Source: an uncultured Bdellovibrionales bacterium
Lineage (GTDB): Bacteria; Bdellovibrionota_C; UBA2361; SZUA-149; CAZDWZ01
NCBI GenBank assembly: GCA_964405665.1
Contig: CAYOOT010000003.1
Span: forward strand, 6,060-70,059
Direction of reading: 5' to 3'
DNA: 64,000 bases
Part shown: piece after piece, positions 1 to 9,817 of the stretch
How positions within the stretch are numbered: position 1 is the stretch's first letter
How the letters are laid out: the number at the start of each line of letters is the position of its first letter
Position numbers and translations under genes: made by a program
The notes under the pieces: model-generated
What the model was told of the DNA's origin: nothing
Databases searched by the model: none
The model's input: the letters and a program-made list of their open reading frames with translations, nothing else

Positions 1-1
1 A

Positions 2-1438
2 TATTTACTAAGCAATGATAGTGGAACAATTTCGATTACTCCCAAAGAATCAGTGCATGATATTCGTTTAGAACTGAGTTCTTCCGGTCTACCTCGAGGG
101 GGAAGTAAAGGTTTTGAATTATTTGATAGCACCAGCTTAACTACTTCTGCAGTAATGGAAAAGATTAATGAATTAAGAGCAAAGCAAGGAGAATTAGAAA
201 GAACAATTCAAGCAATTGATGCTATAAAAAATGCTAGAGTGCATATTACTCTTCCGGAAAGATCTTCCTTTGTTAAAAAAGATGTAGTGCCAACGGCCTC
301 TGTTTTATTGAGACTAAAAGCAGGAGCGGAAATTACACCTGCTCAGGTTAATGCCATTACCCACTTAGTAGCCGGCAGTATTGAACGTTTGTTGCCGGAA
401 AATGTGACAATAATGGATTCTAAAGGAGCATTACTTAGCAATAAAAATGGCGAAGGGGATTTATCAGGGGATGATGTAGCAAGACTTGATTATCAAAGAA
501 AAATTGAAGCTTCCTATGCTAAAAGAATTGAATCAATGATTTCAGAAATTTTAGGGACAGGCAAAGTTGTTGCTCGTGTAACGGCGGATGTTGATTACAA
601 TAAGTTTGAAAAAGAAGAAGAGCTTTATGATCCTGCTGGTTCTGTTGCCAGAAGTGAAAAAGTAATTGAAGACAATGTTTCAGGAAAAGGCTCTGAAGGC
701 GGAGTTGCCGGGATCTCTTCCAACTTAACCAACGATCCTAATTTACTTAAAAGCAAAGAATCAAGCGGTGGTGGAGGTTTGCATCGCGAAACAGTGAAGA
801 ATTTTGAAATTTCCAGAGCTGTAAGCAGAACAGCTTCTGCGGCAGGGAAAATCCAACGCTTGTCAGTTGCAGTACTTGTCGATGGCCAATATGTAAAAGC
901 TCCTAGTGCTGAAAAAGACGAAAAGGGAGTTACCACAGAACAAATGCTTTATCGCCCATTATCTTCAGAAATGATTCGAAAAATTGATAATTTGGTTAAA
1001 CAAAGCGTCGGTTATGATTCCACAAGAGGAGATATTGTTACAGTAGAAAATATTCAATTTTTAAATGATGATTCATTGGAGCAACAATTTGCCGCTAATG
1101 CTCCCACAGCTGTGGATAAGTATTTACCTTATACACTCCCCTTAATTTTCGTTTTATTTTTCTTCCTCTTTGCAGTACGACCTTTAATTAAATTTATTAT
1201 TACTCCAGGGGAATCAGAAGTGGATTTAACAAGATTATTACCAGAAGGCATTGATGAATTAGAAGCGGAAATTGAAGCAGAAAGAGACAAATCAACAGGT
1301 GTTGTTCCGGATGTTAAGTTGGGAATTAACTTAGAAGAATTAGAAAACTTAATTGCAACTAACTCTAGTATTGTTAAGCAAAACCCGCAACAAGCAGCCT
1401 TGTTGATTAGATATTGGCTCAATGAAGGAAGACTATAA
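2..1438 (+). CDS. fliF: Flagellar M-ring protein FliF (5' partial; the reading frame is open from the window start)
   Basis: Motifs GFELFD, GELERTI, ARVHITLP, PTASV, RLSVAVLVDG, RGD.VTVEN and C-terminal NPQQAALLIRYWL. The frame continues upstream of the tracked start at 53 (YLLSNDSGTISITPKESV). Confidence 0.95.
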   Translation, partial: YLLSNDSGTISITPKESVHDIRLELSSSGLPRGGSKGFELFDSTSLTTSAVMEKINELRAKQGELERTIQAIDAIKNARVHITLPERSSFVKKDVVPTASVLLRLKAGAEITPAQVNAITHLVAGSIERLLPENVTIMDSKGALLSNKNGEGDLSGDDVARLDYQRKIEASYAKRIESMISEILGTGKVVARVTADVDYNKFEKEEELYDPAGSVARSEKVIEDNVSGKGSEGGVAGISSNLTNDPNLLKSKESSGGGGLHRETVKNFEISRAVSRTASAAGKIQRLSVAVLVDGQYVKAPSAEKDEKGVTTEQMLYRPLSSEMIRKIDNLVKQSVGYDSTRGDIVTVENIQFLNDDSLEQQFAANAPTAVDKYLPYTLPLIFVLFFFLFAVRPLIKFIITPGESEVDLTRLLPEGIDELEAEIEAERDKSTGVVPDVKLGINLEELENLIATNSSIVKQNPQQAALLIRYWLNEGRL

Positions 1439-1440
1439 TT

Positions 1441-2454
1441 ATGGCAGATGAAAAAACAGAATTAAGCTTAACAAACAAAGCAGCTGTTATTTTAATGAGC
1501 TTAGGCACGGAACAGGCAGCTGAGGTGATCAAGTATTTAAGTGAAGATGAAATAAAAAAACTTAGCCGCGCTTTTATGGCAGTGCAAGAGTTAGATCGAG
1601 ACATTCAACGGGATATCTCAATGGAATTTAATAAAATGTTGCAAGCCGCGGAAAAAATGGTGGTTGATGGAAGAGATTTTGCAAAAGAAGTAATTAGCTC
1701 GGCCTTCGGAGAAGAAGCTGGTGAATCATTTGTCGAAGCATTATCCGGTGGAAGAAAAGAGTCTTTGGCTTCATTGATTTCTGATATGCCTCCCAATATT
1801 GCCGACAATTTTCTGCAATCTGAGCATCCGCAAACAATCGCGTTTCTTCTCTCTAAAATGCCCGCAGACAAAGCAGCAAGTATGCTCTCTAAAATGTCTG
1901 AAGAAATGCAAACAGAAGCTTTAATCAGAATCTCTAAACTGGAACAAGTAAAAAGAGACGTTGTTGATGATGTTTGTGATGTATTAAGAAACCAACTTCG
2001 CGGAGTTAGCATGGGCGGCGAAGAAGATTTAGGTGGGCCAAAAGCTTGTGCCCAAATTCTTAATTTCATCAATAAAAATATTGAAGAAAGAATACTTACT
2101 GAAGTGGAAGAAACTTATCCAGAACTTGCTGAAGAAATCAGAAACCTGATGTTTACATTTGAAGATGTTCTTAAGATTGACGATCGTAGTATTCAAACAA
2201 TACTTAAAGATGTTCCTCGAGAACAACTTGTGCTTGCACTTAAAACAGCCAGTACGGAACTTCGAGATCTTCTATTTAAAAACATGTCTCAGCGTGCTGC
2301 GGATATGCTTAAAGATGATTTAGATAGTCTCGGGCCAACCAAGCTTAAAGATGTAGAAAAAGCTCAACAAGGAATTGTCGATGTTATTCGCCGTCTAGAA
2401 GCAGAAGGTAAAATTCAACTAGCAGGTGCAGGCGGAGAAGATGCGTTAGTATAA
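1441..2454 (+). CDS. fliG: Flagellar motor switch protein FliG
   Basis: KAAVILMSLG, EHPQTIA, GGPK..A.ILN, MFTFED, NMSQRAA, DVEKAQQ motifs; follows fliF. Confidence 0.97.
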   Translation: MADEKTELSLTNKAAVILMSLGTEQAAEVIKYLSEDEIKKLSRAFMAVQELDRDIQRDISMEFNKMLQAAEKMVVDGRDFAKEVISSAFGEEAGESFVEALSGGRKESLASLISDMPPNIADNFLQSEHPQTIAFLLSKMPADKAASMLSKMSEEMQTEALIRISKLEQVKRDVVDDVCDVLRNQLRGVSMGGEEDLGGPKACAQILNFINKNIEERILTEVEETYPELAEEIRNLMFTFEDVLKIDDRSIQTILKDVPREQLVLALKTASTELRDLLFKNMSQRAADMLKDDLDSLGPTKLKDVEKAQQGIVDVIRRLEAEGKIQLAGAGGEDALV

Positions 2455-2462
2455 TTCTTTTC

Positions 2463-2538
2463 ATAAGTTATGCGATATTGCTGTATCGCATAACTTATAG
2501 AAAAGATTATATCATCCGTAGCTTTAGCGAAGGATGAT
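2463..2538. repeat. Two adjacent palindromes between fliG and fliH
   Basis: Perfect 15-bp stem ATAAGTTATGCGATA/TATCGCATAACTTAT (2463-2498), then ATCATCC-GTAGCTTTAGCGAA-GGATGAT (2511-2538). The core of the second resembles TCCGAAGCTTTATCGAAGGA at ~46783. Confidence 0.7.
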
Positions 2539-2583
2539 CGTAGTAAAAGATGTTGGTAAAAAGTTTTTAATTTATAGGTTTTA

Positions 2584-3321
2584 ATGGCGGCGACAGAACA
2601 GAAAATGAAAGCTTTTACCTTTGCAAAATGGGAAAGTATTAATGAAAGTCTATCTCGAGGCTTTCTGCGTATTCAACCGGAATTAATCGATTCTCAACTT
2701 GAAAAAGTTTCAGGTTTTTCTCTGATCAAACCAGAAGTCTTAGCGGATAAAGATTCACAAACTATTTCTGAGCACACAGAAAAAGTTCCGGAAGTTAAAA
2801 CACTTTCTTTAGAAGAAAACATAGAATTAAGGATTATTCAAGCGCAAGAAGAAGCTTCACGCGCTGCAAGAACTGAATTAGAGAAAGAATATCAGACACG
2901 GATAGAAGAGATTAAGGCAAAACATCAAGAGTTTATAACTTCTCAGATTAATGCCTGGAAAGAACTTGAAATCAAGCATGAAACCAAATGTTTGGAACTG
3001 GCGCTTGCTGTGGCCAAAAAGATTCTTTCAGTAACTGTCGAAATCAAACCCGACTATATCCAAGAAGTCATTAAAGAAGCTTTAGCACAGTTATCAGGAA
3101 CTACTCCCTTAAAAGTAAAAGTTTCACATCAGGATTATGAATTTATTGAAGTTGTAGGTTTGCCCAGAGAATTATCTGCTGCCGAATTGAATTTAGTTTA
3201 CGAGTTGGATGATACGATCAGTTCAGGTTGTGTGATTGAAACTAATTACGGAGAAGTAGATTTTGTTTTGGAAAATATGTTTGAAAGAATTAAAAAAAGT
3301 ATTATTGAGGCTTTAAAATAA
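2584..3321 (+). CDS. fliH: Flagellar assembly protein FliH
   Basis: Lies between fliG and fliI. C-terminal LALAVAKKIL...VKVSHQD...DDTISSGCVIETNYGEVD matches the FliH domain. Confidence 0.88.
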   Translation: MAATEQKMKAFTFAKWESINESLSRGFLRIQPELIDSQLEKVSGFSLIKPEVLADKDSQTISEHTEKVPEVKTLSLEENIELRIIQAQEEASRAARTELEKEYQTRIEEIKAKHQEFITSQINAWKELEIKHETKCLELALAVAKKILSVTVEIKPDYIQEVIKEALAQLSGTTPLKVKVSHQDYEFIEVVGLPRELSAAELNLVYELDDTISSGCVIETNYGEVDFVLENMFERIKKSIIEALK

Positions 3322-4625
3322 TGGGACTACTAGAACAAGCCACAGACCTCTTAGAACAAATTAACCCGATTGAATCAACAGGGATAGTCACAGATATTAC
3401 CGGTTTGGTGATTGAGGCCAGTGGTCCAGCTGTGGGACTGGGAACTACCTGTCAAATTCAGCAAGCAGAACAAAAAATTAATGCCCAAGTTGTAGGATTT
3501 AAAAAAGACAGAGTTTTGCTAATGCCTTATGGTAGTGTAAATGGCTTAGCGCCTGGAGCGATGATTAAAGCAACAGGAAGAACGGATTATATTCCTGCAG
3601 GATATGAATATTTGGGCAGAGTGATTTCTCCTTTAGGAGAACCGCTGGATAATAAACCACTTCCTATTGCAAAAAATCTTGTTCCTTTATTTAGAGAATC
3701 ACCTTCTCCTTTAAGTAGAAAAAGAATTACTGAACCCTTTGATGTTGGTGTTAAAGTGGTAAATAGTTTGCTGCGAGTGGGAAGGGGACAACGGATGGCA
3801 ATCATGGCCGGCTCGGGAGTAGGAAAATCAACCTTTTTAGGGATGATTGCTAAACATGCCAAAGAAACAATTAACGTTATTGCCTTAGTCGGTGAGCGAG
3901 GAAGAGAAGTTCGAGAATTTATTGAAAAAGATTTGGGAGAAGAAGGTTTAAAAAGAAGCGTTGTTGTTGTTGCTACCAGTGACAGTAGCGCTTTAATGAG
4001 AATTAGAGCGGCTTTTTATGCAACAGCTATTGCAGAATATTTTAGAGATCAGGGAGAAAATGTTTCTTTAATGGTCGATTCTATTACCCGCTTGTGCATG
4101 TCTCAGAGAGAAGTGGGGTTGGCAGTGGGAGAGCCGCCTAGTACCTCTGGCTACACTCCTTCAGTCTTTGCAATGTTACCAAAGTTATTGGAACGCTCCG
4201 GAAATTGTGGTGGTACTGGAAGTATCACTGCATTCTATACTGTCTTAGTTGAAGGCGACGATATGAACGAGCCAATTGCCGATGCCGTCAGAGGAATTTT
4301 AGATGGACATATTATTTTGAGTAGAAAACTTGCCGGAAAAGGGCATTATCCGGCCGTTGATGTATTGCAAAGCGTTTCACGGTTAATTGATGAAGTTTCC
4401 AGCAAAGAAGAACTGGAATTATCTCGTTTGGCCAGAAGAGTTCTGGCCGATTATGCTGAAGTTGAAGACTTAATTACGATTGGCGCTTACCGCGAAGGAC
4501 AAAATGCAAAAATAGACTTTGCCGTCAAGCAAATTGAAGGAGTAAGAGGATTTTTGGTTCAATATCCAGAAGAAAAATTTTTGATTGAAGATTGCGATGT
4601 TTTATTAAAACAGGCTTTAAACTGA
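3321..4625 (+). CDS. fliI: Flagellar export ATPase FliI
   Basis: Walker A GSGVGKST, GERGREVREF, DSITR, GEPP, VEGDDMNEP, DGHIILSR. Confidence 0.96.
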   Translation: MGLLEQATDLLEQINPIESTGIVTDITGLVIEASGPAVGLGTTCQIQQAEQKINAQVVGFKKDRVLLMPYGSVNGLAPGAMIKATGRTDYIPAGYEYLGRVISPLGEPLDNKPLPIAKNLVPLFRESPSPLSRKRITEPFDVGVKVVNSLLRVGRGQRMAIMAGSGVGKSTFLGMIAKHAKETINVIALVGERGREVREFIEKDLGEEGLKRSVVVVATSDSSALMRIRAAFYATAIAEYFRDQGENVSLMVDSITRLCMSQREVGLAVGEPPSTSGYTPSVFAMLPKLLERSGNCGGTGSITAFYTVLVEGDDMNEPIADAVRGILDGHIILSRKLAGKGHYPAVDVLQSVSRLIDEVSSKEELELSRLARRVLADYAEVEDLITIGAYREGQNAKIDFAVKQIEGVRGFLVQYPEEKFLIEDCDVLLKQALN

Positions 4626-4628
4626 TTT

Positions 4629-5060
4629 ATGAAAAAATTTAAGTTTAGGTTAGAAAAAGTTCTGGGCTATAAGAATGTCCTTAAAAAGGAAAGCGAACTT
4701 GAGCTTGTCCGTAAAAATTCCGATCTTGCCAATGCCCATGAAAAGTTAGAAAATATCATAGCAGAGCAAGATGCTACAAAAGATTTTCCCAATAAAGTTT
4801 TACCGATGACAGAATTAATATTAAACAAAGATTATCATCAAGCCCTACAAGAAGCACTGGAAAGACAAAGATTAATCGTTATTGAAGTTGCCAAAACTGT
4901 AGAAATTGCCAGGGATATGTATTTAGAAAGACTTAAAGAAGAAGAAGTATTAAGAAAACTAAGAGAGAAGAGAAACAATGAACATCTCATTGAAGAAAAA
5001 AAGGAAGAAAATAAACTTCTGAAAAATTATGTTGCTCAGAAATATAAGCAATTTAAATAA
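4629..5060 (+). CDS. fliJ: Flagellar export protein FliJ
   Basis: N-terminus MKKFKFRLEKVL, coiled-coil character, directly after fliI. Confidence 0.85.
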   Translation: MKKFKFRLEKVLGYKNVLKKESELELVRKNSDLANAHEKLENIIAEQDATKDFPNKVLPMTELILNKDYHQALQEALERQRLIVIEVAKTVEIARDMYLERLKEEEVLRKLREKRNNEHLIEEKKEENKLLKNYVAQKYKQFK

Positions 5061-5068
5061 AGGAATAT

Positions 5069-6010
5069 ATGGTTTTTGAAGAAGATGATCTTAACGAACT
5101 TAAAAAAAAGATGAATCCGCAACAAATCAGAAAAGTTGCGCAAATAGTACAAGCTGAAGTTAAAAGGAGAGAAAACATGAAATCGCAAAATAATTCCAAT
5201 CAAAACCAGCTGGCAGAAATGTATGAAGAGATTGATGAAAAAATGAGACAAAACCGTTTACAAAAGGAAGATGGTCGATCAAGAAAAACAAACTACCGTC
5301 GATCCTTATTCTCTGGGAAATTAAATTTGTCAAAATTAATTTTACCAAAATTTAATTTAAATCAAAGCACTAAAAATATTGCCTTATTGGCAGCTGTGAT
5401 AATATTTGCTTCTCTAAAGATATTCAGCATTTCCGGTTCTGAAAGTATGGTTTCAAATAAAGCTGCTGAAGTTGAGGCAAAACAAAACGTTATGCCAGTT
5501 ACTTTGACAGAAAATAAATCAGAGCTATCAATTCCTCCCCTAAAAACCAGAGCTGAACATGCAAGAGCAAGATTAGATAACCAGAGTTCTACTAATCCCG
5601 GTGAACAACAATTATTGATGGAACTTGATGCTCGGAGAACGGAATTAGAAAAGAAAGCTCAAAATTTGGAAGAGAAAGAAATTGAAATTAAAAACCAATC
5701 GCAAGCATTAGCTGAAAAATTGGCTGAATTAAAAACCCTAACCAGCAAGATTCAGCAAGTGCGAATTGAAAAAGATAATCAGTACGAAGCAAGACTGGAG
5801 CAACTATCGCAAGTATATGGATCCATTGCACCGAATGAAGCAGCACCGATGTTGGGTAAACTTGATGATGAAACAGCCTTGGCACTATTAAAAAGAATGC
5901 CCAGTAAGAGAATGGGCCAAATTCTAAGTCAGATGGATCCTCAAAGAGCTGTTGACTTGACAAAGTCACTTACTGCCAAGGACAAACTCGATGATCTTCC
6001 AGCAAAATAA
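5069..6010 (+). CDS. MotE/FlbB-like flagellar protein (one TM, coiled coil, MgtE_N-like C-terminus)
   Basis: C-terminal LSQVYGSIAPNEAAPML...LLKRMPSKRMGQILSQMDPQRA pattern; position between fliJ and fliK. Confidence 0.75.
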   Translation: MVFEEDDLNELKKKMNPQQIRKVAQIVQAEVKRRENMKSQNNSNQNQLAEMYEEIDEKMRQNRLQKEDGRSRKTNYRRSLFSGKLNLSKLILPKFNLNQSTKNIALLAAVIIFASLKIFSISGSESMVSNKAAEVEAKQNVMPVTLTENKSELSIPPLKTRAEHARARLDNQSSTNPGEQQLLMELDARRTELEKKAQNLEEKEIEIKNQSQALAEKLAELKTLTSKIQQVRIEKDNQYEARLEQLSQVYGSIAPNEAAPMLGKLDDETALALLKRMPSKRMGQILSQMDPQRAVDLTKSLTAKDKLDDLPAK

Positions 6011-6142
6011 TCTGCTTTATGAAAAATGTTAATTTTTGCCTAGTCGGTGAAATTTAGGCAAAATTTTCAAGCTAATAAATATCAGTCCTTTTTTAAGCTG
6101 CTAATTTTATTATAAATATTTCTTCTCTACAGATTTAGAGGG

Positions 6143-6160
6143 TTGGATCAACCCTTGCAT
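6143..6160 (+). promoter_or_regulatory. Putative sigma54 (-24/-12) promoter for fliK-flgD-flgE
   Basis: TTGGATCAACCCTTGCAT has GG at 6145-6146 and GC at 6157-6158, 10 nt apart. An upstream dyad TTTTGCCTA..TAGGCAAAA at ~6034-6063 could be an activator site. Confidence 0.6.
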
Positions 6161-6215
6161 CAATGTTTATGTTTTAATTTTAAAGTGTGGTGGATAGGGG
6201 TGGAGAGATATTATT

Positions 6216-7664
6216 GTGAAAATTAGCTCAATAGATACAATTGTAAATAAAGTGATAGCAGACAAACAAAATGCTAATAGCTCAGAAAGCTTCTCCTCAG
6301 AACTTGGTGAGGAATTTGCACAGCTTATTGAGCAATTTTTTAGTGGCAGTAATGTCAATGATAACTTGGAAATGCTAGATCAGATTGAAAAAACTACTAT
6401 TATTCAAGGTCTGGAAAAAGAAAAAGTAAAAACTGAAAAGAAAGTTGAAACCTCTGCTACAGCTCCAGAAAAAAATACCGACGATGAAGAAACAAAGCTA
6501 GAAGTTGACGAGGACCAAGATCGTGATGATTCTAGCAATGAAGAAAAGTCTATTAAATCAGTTGATGATTCTGAAAAAAAGGATATTCAAGTGGTAAGTC
6601 TTGCTTCTAATATTAAGAATGAAGAATTAAAAGTTGAAGATGCCGGTTTAGAAGAAATGAAAGTTACAGAAGAACAAATCGGAAATTCTCAGCAAAAACA
6701 AAGTAAAGATCATCAGGATTCTTCCGATCAAGAAGTTGAAATTAATCAAAACAACTATTTGCAAAACAATAAGTTGCAAGCCTCTGCAAAAACTCAAAAA
6801 AACAACACTGCCAGCAATGAACAAGCTCTAGTTACTCCAAATAATACTGTCGTCGAGCAAGGATTAAAAGACGCAGCGGTAAAAAATATTAAAAAAACTT
6901 CAACACAAGAAGATCGAGAAGTACAAGAAAACAATATGTCAGAGTCTCATGATCAAAATAACGAAGAAAGTTTTAAAGCATCTTTAATAAAACAAAATTC
7001 TTTAGCAGCAGTGTCTACTAAAAATTCTGCTCAGGATCTTAGCTCTCAACTTGTCAGAGCAGCTAATTTGTCAGAATTAGCCGGCCAAAAAAACGCGATT
7101 AAAACTAATAGTTCTCAAGGCAATTTAGATTTAGCCGGAGTTCATAGTAACGAAGGAATTGATAAGAGCACCTTGGCAAAAGTTAAGCAGACAGCAAGTA
7201 GCATTCTTGCCAAATATTCTGAAAAGACCTTAGAAAAAGTTAAAGAACTTTTAGCTAAGGCAGCGCAGAATAGAGATGGCAACAGTTTGACTTTAAAACT
7301 AAATCCCAAGGAATTGGGAGAGATTACTGTAAAAGTAACTCATCGAGATAATAATATCTATGCGCGGATTACTCCAGATTCTTCCGAGGTAGAATCAATG
7401 CTTCGTCACAAAGCAGCCGAACTGACTCAAGTTTTGATTCAAGCAGGAATTAAATCAGAACAATTGCATATCAGTATTGGTCAGGAAAGAACTGAAGCGG
7501 AAAGCTTTAAATTTGCTGATTTTTTAAATGGACATCAAAATTCAAGACAAAATGAATCATTTTCTGATAAATCTAAACAAGAGGCAACAGAAAATCCGTT
7601 AATTAAAAATGCCTTTAACAATCAGGCAAAAAACAGTAATATTGATTTAGGTTGGATTGCATAA
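6216..7664 (+). CDS. fliK: Flagellar hook-length control protein FliK
   Basis: Long low-complexity N-terminus plus C-terminal Flg_hook motif LKLNPKELGEITVKV; lies upstream of flgD. Confidence 0.88.
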   Translation: MKISSIDTIVNKVIADKQNANSSESFSSELGEEFAQLIEQFFSGSNVNDNLEMLDQIEKTTIIQGLEKEKVKTEKKVETSATAPEKNTDDEETKLEVDEDQDRDDSSNEEKSIKSVDDSEKKDIQVVSLASNIKNEELKVEDAGLEEMKVTEEQIGNSQQKQSKDHQDSSDQEVEINQNNYLQNNKLQASAKTQKNNTASNEQALVTPNNTVVEQGLKDAAVKNIKKTSTQEDREVQENNMSESHDQNNEESFKASLIKQNSLAAVSTKNSAQDLSSQLVRAANLSELAGQKNAIKTNSSQGNLDLAGVHSNEGIDKSTLAKVKQTASSILAKYSEKTLEKVKELLAKAAQNRDGNSLTLKLNPKELGEITVKVTHRDNNIYARITPDSSEVESMLRHKAAELTQVLIQAGIKSEQLHISIGQERTEAESFKFADFLNGHQNSRQNESFSDKSKQEATENPLIKNAFNNQAKNSNIDLGWIA

Positions 7665-7687
7665 TTTTATTTTTAAAGTGAGTTGAT

Positions 7688-8398
7688 ATGGCAGATAACA
7701 AAATAGGAATAACTGGCTCCAGCAGTGGTCAGCAAATTACTCCTACAATAAAAAATGAAAGTGTTCCTGATACTAAATTTAAGGATAGTTCAACTTCTTC
7801 TGCCACTGGTCAAATTGGAGAGCAAGATTTTTTAAAACTTTTGGTAACTCAATTGAAATTTCAAGATCCGCTTAATCCTACTGATAACCAACAATTTGCC
7901 GTTGATTTATCGCAGTTTGCTCAGGTTGAACAATTAGTAGCCCTGAATAAAAAAGTTGATGGTGCAGGACTTGGTGGCGGAACTTCCGGTTCTGTAGGAA
8001 CCATGGCTTCTTTCTTAGGAACTGAAGTAGTGCTCAAAGGAGAGGGAATTGATTTATCTAATGGCACGGGGCCAAATGTTACTGTAGATATTCCAGAGGG
8101 TGCACAAAGTGCAAGGATTGACTTAATTGACAGCGATGGAAAAGTCGCTGGCTCAATAAATCTGGATCAACCGGATGGCGGCAAACAACAATTTGCCTTA
8201 AAGAATCTGCCGGTTAAAGATGGGAAATATGATGTTCGAGTAGTAGCAGTTGATGGAAATGGAAGTTTTAGAGAATTAACTTCTAAAATCACAGGGACAG
8301 TTGAAGGGTTTGTGCTTGAGCCGGAAGCCAAACTTTTAGTTGGTGGTCGGCAAGTAGCCTTAGATCAGGTGGTTGAAGTATATAAACCTGCTGTCTAA
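7688..8398 (+). CDS. flgD: Flagellar hook capping protein FlgD
   Basis: DFLKLLVTQLKFQDPLNP and LSQFAQVEQL motifs. Confidence 0.95.
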   Translation: MADNKIGITGSSSGQQITPTIKNESVPDTKFKDSSTSSATGQIGEQDFLKLLVTQLKFQDPLNPTDNQQFAVDLSQFAQVEQLVALNKKVDGAGLGGGTSGSVGTMASFLGTEVVLKGEGIDLSNGTGPNVTVDIPEGAQSARIDLIDSDGKVAGSINLDQPDGGKQQFALKNLPVKDGKYDVRVVAVDGNGSFRELTSKITGTVEGFVLEPEAKLLVGGRQVALDQVVEVYKPAV

Positions 8399-8467
8399 GG
8401 GTAAAAAACTTCTTATTTCTTTTTGAAATAAGATCGGTTTATTAATATTGATTGAGGAGGGTCTCCT

Positions 8468-9733
8468 GTGCCTAGTATTATAGATGGATTATTCGCTGGT
8501 CGTTCTGGTATTTCTTCTCATGGTAGTGCCATTTCGGTATTATCTGATAATATTGCAAATTCTAATACCACTGGATTCAAGCAATCACGAGCAGATTTTG
8601 CAGATATTCTTTCTGGAAGTCTCTTCGGCGGGGGTGGTAACATTTCCGGAAGTGGTAGTAGAATTGTAGGTGTTACTCCTATTTTAAACCAAGGAAGTTT
8701 TGAATTCACAGGGCGTGGTTTAGATACCGGCGTTGATGGCAGAGGATATTTTATTCTTGAAGATGAGACTGCCAGTGGTCAACGATTTTATTCTCGAGCA
8801 GGGAATTTTAAATTAGATATTGAAGGTAATTTGTTAAATCAAAATGGTTTCCGAGTGATGGGATTTCCTGCTACGGGTGCCGGTGGTCTGACTGCATTAA
8901 ACGTAAATCAACGAACACAGAATTCTATTAAAACCACGCTTGTGACAATTGGTGGTAATTTAGATGCCAGCGAAGATACTGATGCCGAACCAGCAGCCGG
9001 TAGTTCTTATGCACAGTTAAATGCTGCAGCAAAGTTTTCTACATCTGTAAATATCTTTGACTCACTTGGTGCCCAACATTCTGTTACAACTTATTTCTTC
9101 CATACCGGCAATAATGCCTGGACTGCTAGTGCCTATGTCGATGGAGAAGAAGTTACCGGAGGAACTGCCGGCACACCTTCTAAGCTTGGTGATGTGGATT
9201 TAGCATTTGGTTCTGACGGTCAGCTTACAGATCCAACAATAAACACAATTACAGCAACACCTCCATGGAATAATGGTTCCGATCCAGCTGTTGATATTGA
9301 ATTTGTTTTTGATCCGATCACACAATTTGCCGCAGCATCCGCTATTGATAATATTTCTCAAGATGGAACGGGAAGTGGTAGTGTGGTTGGTTTTAACGTT
9401 GAAAAAGATGGTTCACTATTTGCGCAGTTAGATAACGGACAGTCTGCAAGTATTGGAATAATCGGTTTAGCAAATTTTGCCAACGCCGAAGGCTTAAGAC
9501 GTTCCGGAAATTCTTTATTTCAAGAAACTATTGTCAGTGGTTCACCCGTAGTTGGTCAACCAGATACCGGAACATTCGGTTCAATCGAAGCAGGTGCCTT
9601 AGAGTTATCAAATTCAGACGTTGCAGCTGATTTTATTAAATTGATTTCGCTACAACGAGGTTTCCAAGGTAGTTCCAGAGTGATTCAATCGATCAATCAG
9701 CTCTTAAGTGATTTGGTTAATATTATTGGATAA
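8468..9733 (+). CDS. flgE: Flagellar hook protein FlgE
   Basis: SDNIANSNTTGFK, YSRAGNF, FDSLG, LELSN...QRGFQ motifs; GAGGAGG RBS before a GTG start. Confidence 0.95.
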   Translation: MPSIIDGLFAGRSGISSHGSAISVLSDNIANSNTTGFKQSRADFADILSGSLFGGGGNISGSGSRIVGVTPILNQGSFEFTGRGLDTGVDGRGYFILEDETASGQRFYSRAGNFKLDIEGNLLNQNGFRVMGFPATGAGGLTALNVNQRTQNSIKTTLVTIGGNLDASEDTDAEPAAGSSYAQLNAAAKFSTSVNIFDSLGAQHSVTTYFFHTGNNAWTASAYVDGEEVTGGTAGTPSKLGDVDLAFGSDGQLTDPTINTITATPPWNNGSDPAVDIEFVFDPITQFAAASAIDNISQDGTGSGSVVGFNVEKDGSLFAQLDNGQSASIGIIGLANFANAEGLRRSGNSLFQETIVSGSPVVGQPDTGTFGSIEAGALELSNSDVAADFIKLISLQRGFQGSSRVIQSINQLLSDLVNIIG

Positions 9734-9738
9734 TAAAT

Positions 9739-9816
9739 TGTAGGCGCACCCTTTATGGGTGCCCGGCTGACCATTATATTTTGGAATTCCGGGCACCCAT
9801 AAAGAGTGCCCCTACA
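9739..9816. repeat. GTAG-family REP doublet (REPIN-like)
   Basis: TGTAGGCGCACCCTTTATGGGTGCCC...GGGCACCCATAAAGAGTGCCCCTACA, inverted arms between convergent genes. Confidence 0.85.
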
Positions 9817-9817
9817 A

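Noticed and set aside
8411-8433. Hairpin TCTTATTTC-TTTTT-GAAATAAGA between flgD and flgE as a terminator
   Set aside because: The stem is AT-rich, lacks a U tail and lies inside an operon; its function cannot be supported.
1-9733. Non-flagellar type III secretion system
   Set aside because: fliG, fliK, flgD and flgE in canonical order identify a flagellar operon.
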